DNA from: Chthonomonas calidirosea
GTDB lineage: Bacteria; Armatimonadota; Fimbriimonadia; Fimbriimonadales; Fimbriimonadaceae
Assembly: GCA_945859975.1 (NCBI GenBank)
Contig: CAMAPH010000003.1
Span: 1-64,000 of the forward strand
Reading direction: 5' to 3'
Length of the DNA: 64,000 nucleotides
Positions 58,029 through 64,000 of this stretch are shown here, one piece after another. How positions within the stretch are numbered: position 1 is the first letter of the stretch; each line of letters starts with the position of its first letter. A program made the translations under genes and the position numbers. The notes under the pieces were generated by a model. The model was not told the DNA's origin. It worked only from the letters and a program-made list of their open reading frames with translations, and made no database searches.

Positions 58029-58091
58029 GGAACCGCGCCACTACCCTTTATTTACCCACCATCAGATAACCGGCTCAAGAGAGAGCTAGAA

Positions 58092-58853
58092 TTGGCCAAC
58101 TTGATTTCAGGGAGAAGCAGAGCTACGCAAAATATGCAAGTTCCACCACATCGCCTAACCTCACGCGACGCAGGTTTAACGATCGAGTTCTGTCGAGAGA
58201 AATACTCAGCCGATGGGCTCGATTTAGCAAAAGCTAAAAACGTCAAGCGACTGATTTTGCATCACCTGATTTCAGAGGATCAGGACCCGTACTCTTTTCT
58301 GAGTGAGTGGACATTTTTGGAGGCACTTAGAGTTCTTGACTATGAGAAGCGTTCAGTTTCGAGCGTTCAGATGGTTTCGAATCTGCATGAATTGTCGGTT
58401 GGCGACAACAATGGTTGCGAACTGGCTGGATCGGCGTTCCCAAACCTTCGTACGCTAACCTTCGAATGGAGCGAGAAGCGTTACGATCTCCTCAATCACG
58501 ATACGATCTCGCGCCTCTGCGTCAAGTACATGAAACCCAAAGCCAAAACTTGGGCCGTAAAGCTACCTAACTTAGAAACCCTCTCCCTCTTCTCCGCAAA
58601 CCTACGATCACTGGAACCATTTGCAGAGTGCACGAACCTGAAGAACATTCGCTTGTCCGATTGCCGCCAGTTCGAAGACAACTGCTCGCTGGCCGCCTTT
58701 CAGTCGTTGAAAGTAGTTCATATCCAGGGGTGCCCGAAAGCGGTTGATTTTGAAGTCTTTAACGAATTGCCTGCGCTCAAGCGCCTTATCTTGAGTGAGT
58801 TCAAGAATCCCCCTCCTCGATCCTTCTTCCGCGAGGGCATCGACGTAAGGTGA
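58092..58853 (+). CDS. leucine-rich repeat protein (candidate immunity/accessory)
   Basis: LxxLxxLxL repeats (LPNLETLSL, CTNLKNIRL, LPALKRLIL). Start may be ATG 58134. Confidence 0.75.
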   Translation: MANLISGRSRATQNMQVPPHRLTSRDAGLTIEFCREKYSADGLDLAKAKNVKRLILHHLISEDQDPYSFLSEWTFLEALRVLDYEKRSVSSVQMVSNLHELSVGDNNGCELAGSAFPNLRTLTFEWSEKRYDLLNHDTISRLCVKYMKPKAKTWAVKLPNLETLSLFSANLRSLEPFAECTNLKNIRLSDCRQFEDNCSLAAFQSLKVVHIQGCPKAVDFEVFNELPALKRLILSEFKNPPPRSFFREGIDVR

Positions 58854-58882
58854 TGCAAGTGTTGATGCTAACCGGATCTACC

Positions 58883-59926
58883 CTAAGTACAAGCACTTAC
58901 CACCACCAACTCCACCTCCTTCTCCCGCCCCTTCAACCCAAAGCTCCCCAGCGACCGTAGCCCCTCCCGCGCGCCCAGCTTCGCCGCGAGTTCCCCCGAG
59001 ATCAAGAACTCTTCCCCCAGCCCCGCGCACATGCCTTGGATCCGGGCGGCGGTGTTGAGCACGTCGCCGTGGTAAACGATCTCGCTCTTGATCTCCCCGA
59101 CCTCCGTGGTCACCACTTGCCCGTAGTGTGCGCCTGCTTTGAAGCCGGGTAGGAGGCCGTAGTTTCGTTCGTAATACGCCCGCCGCGATTCCAGCGGGGT
59201 TTGGAACAGGAAAAAGAACCGTAGGCAGTTCGCATTCGCCAGCCCGCGTTCCATTTGCCAGGTGATCACCGCTTCGTCGCCAATGTAGTGGCTCACTTCC
59301 GCCTTCGTCGCCAGCACCGGCCCCGTCAGGTCGGCCATAAAGTCCCGCACCAGCGCGCTGAACTTCATGTGCCCCAGCGCCTCTGCCAAGGTCGTCGAGT
59401 CCTTCATGTCCAGAAACATGAAAATCCGCGTCTCCTCCCTAGGCTCATGGTAGTAGCCGCGCAGCCAGTTCGTCAGCACCCCCGGCCCGAGTTTTCGCGA
59501 AATGGCCTGAAGGCTGGACGTAAGGAAAGCAATACAAATCGCCGCCACGCCGGAAACCTGAAAATAGATCTGCGTGATGATGCTAGAGGTAATCCCCATC
59601 ACATCGGCTTCCCACGGAAACTGCTGCGTTCGAAGCGAGATGTTGCACAGCAGGGCAACAAAGAACGCCGTAAACACTGCCGCCATATAAGTAAAAACTC
59701 GCACCAGCACGGTGGCAAAGTAGCTCTTGAGCCGAAACTCATCGAGCCGGAGCAGCGATACCGTTCCGAAACAAATGCCAAAAGGCGTGCCGTACATCAG
59801 CACCGCCAACCAAACTGGCGACCGAATCACGTCCTTCAAAACGAGCGAGGTTATCAGCGACAGACCGTAGGACAGCCCGAAAACTCGGACCATATCCTTC
59901 ACCCCTCGAGGCTGCCCCTTATTCAC
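58883..59926 (-). CDS. membrane-anchored class III adenylate/guanylate cyclase
   Basis: N-terminal TM helices; FMFLDMKDST, YIGDE, HYGQV, YHGDVLNTAARIQ, LKGRE. Confidence 0.92.
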   Translation of the reverse strand: MNKGQPRGVKDMVRVFGLSYGLSLITSLVLKDVIRSPVWLAVLMYGTPFGICFGTVSLLRLDEFRLKSYFATVLVRVFTYMAAVFTAFFVALLCNISLRTQQFPWEADVMGITSSIITQIYFQVSGVAAICIAFLTSSLQAISRKLGPGVLTNWLRGYYHEPREETRIFMFLDMKDSTTLAEALGHMKFSALVRDFMADLTGPVLATKAEVSHYIGDEAVITWQMERGLANANCLRFFFLFQTPLESRRAYYERNYGLLPGFKAGAHYGQVVTTEVGEIKSEIVYHGDVLNTAARIQGMCAGLGEEFLISGELAAKLGAREGLRSLGSFGLKGREKEVELVVVSACT

Positions 59927-59956
59927 CCATCCACTTTAACCCAGATCAGCCGTCCG

Positions 59957-59999
59957 AGCCCCTCCCTTTCGCCGTTGAAAACGGCGAGAGGGAGGGGTT
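59957..59999. repeat. 20-bp-stem palindrome (REP-like)
   Basis: AGCCCCTCCCTTTCGCCGTT-GAA-AACGGCGAGAGGGAGGGGTT, with two G-T pairs. Confidence 0.65.
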
Positions 60000-60059
60000 G
60001 GGGAGGGAGAGCCGCCCCGCCAAATCTCCTAGAACTAGCGAAAAATAAACTTCCCCATA

Positions 60060-60099
60060 GCCACACAAGGCAACACAAAGCCACCCAAGGCCAGGCAAA
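60060..60099 (+). repeat. four tandem imperfect 10-bp direct repeats
   Basis: GCCACACAAG GCAACACAAA GCCACCCAAG GCCAGGCAAA. Confidence 0.7.
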
Positions 60100-60135
60100 G
60101 CGTTCGCGGGTTCCCCCGAAGTAAAATTAAGCGCG

Positions 60136-60366
60136 ATGAAGCAGATCCGGGACAACATTTTCGAAATCTCCCACACCGAGTTGGGCAGCCCGGACGAATA
60201 TGGCCGTTACAAGGTCGAAGGCCTCGGCACCGTCCACATCGACATCGCCGACGTCCGCTACATCGCCGACCACAAGAGCCAAGGCTTCGAGCCCACCTTC
60301 TTCGTCAGCCGCGCCCCGGCGATGAATAACGACTTCGTCGTTGTCGCAAGAAACCGAAAAGCCTGA
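60136..60366 (+). CDS. small hypothetical protein (76 aa)
   Basis: Host-like codon usage; TAAAAT box 8 nt upstream of the ATG. Confidence 0.75.
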   Translation: MKQIRDNIFEISHTELGSPDEYGRYKVEGLGTVHIDIADVRYIADHKSQGFEPTFFVSRAPAMNNDFVVVARNRKA

Positions 60367-60389
60367 ATTTTCGGCTATGATTCCGACTA

Positions 60390-60857
60390 ATGTTGGACCT
60401 CGCTGCGCTCAAAAAAACTTATCTGGTCGTTGGACTCAGCGACGCTCAAATCGAAGAGATCGCATCTCTCGCCACGATGAAGCGATTCCTGCCGCAGGAA
60501 ACCCTCATCCGCAGTGGTGAGCAAAGCAGCGACCTTTATCTGATCCTGGAAGGCCGCCTCAACGTCCTCACTTCCGACGGTCAAAAGCTCAGCGAAGTCG
60601 GCCCCGGAAGCATCCTCGGCGAAATCGCCCTAATCGACGCCCGCCCCCGAACCGCCAACGTCGTCTGCACCGGCCTCGTCGACGCCGCCGTCATCCCCGC
60701 AAAGGAACTTCGGGCCAAAATGAACGCTAACCGAGAATGGGGTTTTGTCGTCCTCGCCAACCTCTCCCGGGTCCTCGCCGGCCGCCTCCGCGTGGCAAAC
60801 GACAAGATCGACGAGTTGTACGACAAAACCACCGATACGTGGGATAACGCGTTATAA
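60390..60857 (+). CDS. stand-alone cyclic nucleotide-binding domain protein
   Basis: LYLILEG, GSILGEIALIDARPRTANV; no HTH domain. Confidence 0.9.
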   Translation: MLDLAALKKTYLVVGLSDAQIEEIASLATMKRFLPQETLIRSGEQSSDLYLILEGRLNVLTSDGQKLSEVGPGSILGEIALIDARPRTANVVCTGLVDAAVIPAKELRAKMNANREWGFVVLANLSRVLAGRLRVANDKIDELYDKTTDTWDNAL

Positions 60858-62201
60858 GTCCGCGCCGTTGGACGCCATGACATCGCGGTACCAATACGCG
60901 CTGTCCTTCGGCGTCCGAACCTGGGTCTGATAGTCCACGTGCACCAACCCAAACCGGTGCCGATACCCTTCGTACCACTCAAAGTTGTCCATCAGCGACC
61001 ACTGGAAGTAGCCCGCAATCTCGACGCCATCCTCCCCGGCCCGAGCAAACGCCTGAAGGTGGCGATGCAAGAAGTCGATCCGCTGCGGATCGTGAACCTT
61101 GCCGTCTAGGGCAACCCAATCAGATAGCCCGAGCCCGTTTTCGGTGATGATAATCGGCTTCTTGTATCGCTCATACAAGAACCGCGGCCCCCAGTAAAGG
61201 CAATCCGGCGTCACCGGCCAGTGGTAAATGGTGCGACCAATCCCCAGCGGGTTCGGAACCTCTTCTGGTCCGTTCTCGGTCGCCTTGATGGTCTGCCCGT
61301 TATAAATGTTCGCGCCGAAGAAGTCCATCGGCTGGGCAATCGTCTCCATATCGCCCGCCTTCGGCTTCGGAGCCAGCTCGCCATAGGCTTCAAGCCCTTC
61401 GGCCGGATATTCGCCGAAGAAGATCGGATCGTTCCACCAGGAGTTGCTCCAAACCGAATCCTTCTGGGTGGCGAACATCGACTCGCGCGCCGCTTCGATG
61501 TCTTCGGCCGAGTTGGTAGCCGGAATCTTTGCTGCGCCGACGGGCGCCCAGCCAATCATCGGTGCCGTCTTGGCATGCGCCCGAATCACCTGGCAAGCTT
61601 TTCCGTGGGCAAGCAAGGCATGGTGTCCCGCCAGCAGAACTTCGGCCATTCCCAGCTGGTCTCCCGGCGCATGAATCCCGCTCTGAAGTCCAAGCCCAAT
61701 AAAGCACTGCGGCTCGTTTAGGGTCATCCAGTTCTGGACTCGGTCCGAAAGTCGGTCGACAACGATCTGGGTGTAATCCGCAAACCAGTCCGCATGGTCC
61801 CGGTTCAGCCAGCCGCCCTGCAGATAAAGCTCGTACGGCGCGTCCCAGTGGAACAGCGTCACCCAAGGCGTGATGCCCTTGGCCAGGAGCTCGTCAATCA
61901 GCTGATCATAAAACGCCAACCCCGCCTCGCTCGGCGCTCCTTGCCCACCCGGCTGAATGCGCGGCCAAGAAAGGCTGAGGCGGTAATGCTTCACGCCCAA
62001 CTCGGCCATCATCGCGACGTCTTCGCGGAACCGATTGAAGTGGTCGCAGGCGATGTCGCCGTTGGAAGCGTCGTTGATCTTCCCCGGGCGTCGGCAGAAC
62101 ATGTCCCAAACCGAATACCCGCCCCCCGCCAAATACGGCGCACCCTCAATTTGGTAAGAAGCCGTCGCAACGCCCCAAGCAAAATCTGCCGGAAAACTCA
62201 T
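60852..62201 (-). CDS. GH1 beta-glucosidase
   Basis: FAWGVATASYQIEGA, TLNEP, ITENG, WSLMDNFEW. Confidence 0.95.
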   Translation of the reverse strand: MSFPADFAWGVATASYQIEGAPYLAGGGYSVWDMFCRRPGKINDASNGDIACDHFNRFREDVAMMAELGVKHYRLSLSWPRIQPGGQGAPSEAGLAFYDQLIDELLAKGITPWVTLFHWDAPYELYLQGGWLNRDHADWFADYTQIVVDRLSDRVQNWMTLNEPQCFIGLGLQSGIHAPGDQLGMAEVLLAGHHALLAHGKACQVIRAHAKTAPMIGWAPVGAAKIPATNSAEDIEAARESMFATQKDSVWSNSWWNDPIFFGEYPAEGLEAYGELAPKPKAGDMETIAQPMDFFGANIYNGQTIKATENGPEEVPNPLGIGRTIYHWPVTPDCLYWGPRFLYERYKKPIIITENGLGLSDWVALDGKVHDPQRIDFLHRHLQAFARAGEDGVEIAGYFQWSLMDNFEWYEGYRHRFGLVHVDYQTQVRTPKDSAYWYRDVMASNGADL

Positions 62202-62275
62202 TCCCTAAGTATGAGTCAGCGCGCCACAACGTGACCATGCCTCAAATTCCATTCGGAATATCTGGATCGGCTAGC

Positions 62276-62500
62276 TCAATCCGCGAGAGCTCGCAGAAGT
62301 TCGTGGTCTTCCTGCATTATTCTCGTCAAATCGTCAAGCTGCCTTTTGGACACCGCATCAACCTTTGTCAGCTGAAAACCGCGTGGCGTCGGGGTCAGAA
62401 TCAGTTCATCGCCAGCGCCTACCTGCAGCTTCTCTAAAACTTCCGGCGGGATGATCACTCCGAGCGCGTCTCCAACGCTTTGAACCTCGACCTTTTCCAC
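62276..62500 (-). CDS. AbrB/MazE/SpoVT-family antitoxin-like protein
   Basis: VQSVGDALGVIIPPEVLEKLQVGAGDEL...IMQEDHELLRALAD; GTG start 6 nt after TATAAT. Confidence 0.85.
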   Translation of the reverse strand: MEKVEVQSVGDALGVIIPPEVLEKLQVGAGDELILTPTPRGFQLTKVDAVSKRQLDDLTRIMQEDHELLRALAD

Positions 62501-62575
62501 ACTTTGATTATAACAATTCCATAAACCCGCTCCAAGCTTCGGCACAAAACCGCCGATTTCCCGCATATTAGGTGC

Positions 62576-63010
62576 ATGACCAATCTGGAAATGGCGAACC
62601 GACTCCGCGACCTGCGGGATTTCCTGATCATCGCGGGCTACGAGGAAAGCCACGCCACGCGCTACACCCAGATTGCGCGGACGATCGAGAAAATGCCGGA
62701 GCCGATCATAAATCTCCATGTCGAGCATCGCCTCACCGAAATTCCCCAAGTCGGCAAGCTCATCGCACAGTACATGAAGGAAATCATCCGCGACGGAGTC
62801 AGCAGCAAGCAGCTTGAGTGGGAAAAGGAAGCCCCGATTTCCGTGCTGGAACTCGTCCGCGTTCCCGGTCTCGGCGCGAAAACCGCCCGCCGACTATGGC
62901 AAGAGCACCAGATTTCAACCCTCGCCCAGCTTCAGCAGACCGTCCAAGAACAAGACCTTCCGGGCATTGGGCCAAAGATGAAACTGGCGATCTTAGAGAC
63001 GACGCTTTAG
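62576..63010 (+). CDS. helix-hairpin-helix protein matching the N-terminus of DNA polymerase X
   Basis: MTNLEMANRL...Y...ARTI...LTEIPQVGKLIA...LVRVPGLGAKTA...LPGIGPK; no palm or PHP domain. Confidence 0.8.
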   Translation: MTNLEMANRLRDLRDFLIIAGYEESHATRYTQIARTIEKMPEPIINLHVEHRLTEIPQVGKLIAQYMKEIIRDGVSSKQLEWEKEAPISVLELVRVPGLGAKTARRLWQEHQISTLAQLQQTVQEQDLPGIGPKMKLAILETTL

Positions 63011-63598
63011 CTTTTCTTTCTCGCCCGGGAAGTTAGCCCGAAGGTTTTCTGCCGCCATGATTGCCGTGAGCTGCACACGCTTTTGGCGAGTCTCGGCGCC
63101 TTTCGCGTTCAGAATCCACTCCAGAATCCCGCGCTTCGCGGAGCGGGGAAACGCGTCGAAGTTGGCTCTCGCCGAAGGTTCGGCTTCAAGACAAGCGACG
63201 AGATCATCCGGCAGGCTCAGAGATTCAACTTCGTCCAGTGCGTTCCAGGTCCCGTCGCGCTTGGCCTGCTCTATCTTTGCGATGCCGGGCGGCAAAAGTA
63301 AACCAAGCTTCTCGAGCTTTTCAACCCGGTCCTTGTTCACCTTCGACCATTTGCTGGTCCGCTTTCTCGGCGAAATCAAGAGCATCGATCGTTCCTCATC
63401 CAATTTCGCCGGCCGACTATCGATCCAGCCAAAGCAGATCACCTCTTCGACGATGTCGTCATAAGACACGTACTTTTCTGGAACGACCTTTTTGTAGGTG
63501 ACTAGCCAGACGCTGTCTTTCTGCTCGTAATTCGCCGAAAGCCAATTCCGCAGTTCGGCCCGCGAACTGACTTCAACCTGCTCGAACCTGTCCATCAC
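62993..63598 (-). CDS. YdeI/OmpD-associated family protein
   Basis: ELRNWL, ICFGWIDS, SPRK..SKWSKVNK, AKGAETRQKR. Confidence 0.9.
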   Translation of the reverse strand: MMDRFEQVEVSSRAELRNWLSANYEQKDSVWLVTYKKVVPEKYVSYDDIVEEVICFGWIDSRPAKLDEERSMLLISPRKRTSKWSKVNKDRVEKLEKLGLLLPPGIAKIEQAKRDGTWNALDEVESLSLPDDLVACLEAEPSARANFDAFPRSAKRGILEWILNAKGAETRQKRVQLTAIMAAENLRANFPGEKEKLKRRL

Positions 63599-64000
63599 GC
63601 CTCAACGGTTGCCGGTGCCCGATCTGGAATGAATCGGGTGGCAATCAATGATCCAACCGCAATGACAACGCCGACCCAGAACGGCGCCTGATAATTCCCA
63701 GCGACTTTCCAAAGGTACGCACCACCAACTGGCACGGTGACCGCAGCGACGTGGTTCATCGTGATTCCCATGCTCACGCACGGCGTCAGCTCGCCCGGCC
63801 GGGCGATGCGGTGAAGATAGGTTGTGAATCCGTTGCCGAAAGTGAACAGCACGTTGTCAAGGATGAAGAGGAAGTACAAGACTTCGATGCGCTTGATGGT
63901 CGCGTAACCGACAAACACAAAGACCAGCCCAAGCCCGTAATACAGGAGCGGTCCACGCTCTCCATGCTTGTCTATCAACCGCCCCATCTTCGGCGCCGTG
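63595..64000 (-). CDS. MFS transporter (5' end outside window)
   Basis: GRLIDKHGER loop motif plus several TM helices. Confidence 0.8.
   Translation of the reverse strand, partial: TAPKMGRLIDKHGERGPLLYYGLGLVFVFVGYATIKRIEVLYFLFILDNVLFTFGNGFTTYLHRIARPGELTPCVSMGITMNHVAAVTVPVGGAYLWKVAGNYQAPFWVGVVIAVGSLIATRFIPDRAPATVEA

Noticed and set aside
50343..58880. Prophage, ICE or IS as the carrier of the accessory region
   Set aside because: No integrase, transposase, terminal inverted repeats or phage genes are visible; only the gene-end duplication.
62501..62749. 157-aa version of the AbrB ORF
   Set aside because: The extension overlaps the divergent PolX-like gene; the AbrB domain begins at GTG 62500 after TATAAT.
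1..64000. tRNA, rRNA or known riboswitch
   Set aside because: None was recognised by eye in the short intergenic regions; an Infernal/tRNAscan run would be needed to exclude them.

Overview
A gene-dense bacterial window, GC-rich by eye, with mostly housekeeping and metabolic genes. These include mtnA, xylA, acpS, tatC, a UvrD/PcrA helicase, gatCA, queD, pckA, speE, an OYE reductase, OPT/MATE/MFS transporters, a GH1 glucosidase and a STAS/PP2C/anti-sigma partner-switching module. Gene content (PEP-CTERM, GYF-like membrane proteins, HTH-PAS regulator) suggests Armatimonadota, but this is an impression, not tested. No rRNA, tRNA, CRISPR array, integrase or transposase was seen. The accessory region is about 50.1-58.9 kb and has two parts. 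(1) A 13-repeat WD40 gene is bracketed by a 25-codon TIR-like stub and a possible Roc/P-loop remnant. The cassette lies between two diverged copies (about 195 bp) of the 3' end of a sugar-isomerase gene. (2) An Rhs/YD polymorphic toxin has a Sec-type signal peptide and a C-terminal HNH nuclease. It is followed by AT-richer candidate immunity genes: an apparent three-module fusion and an LRR protein. Other points: widespread leaderless-type promoters, a DUF2971-like gene that seems to need a non-canonical ATT start, an orphan AbrB antitoxin, a stand-alone PolX N-terminal protein, and phased 10-bp repeats in a candidate cAMP-signalling locus. Domain names are assigned by motif recognition by eye; no database search was run.
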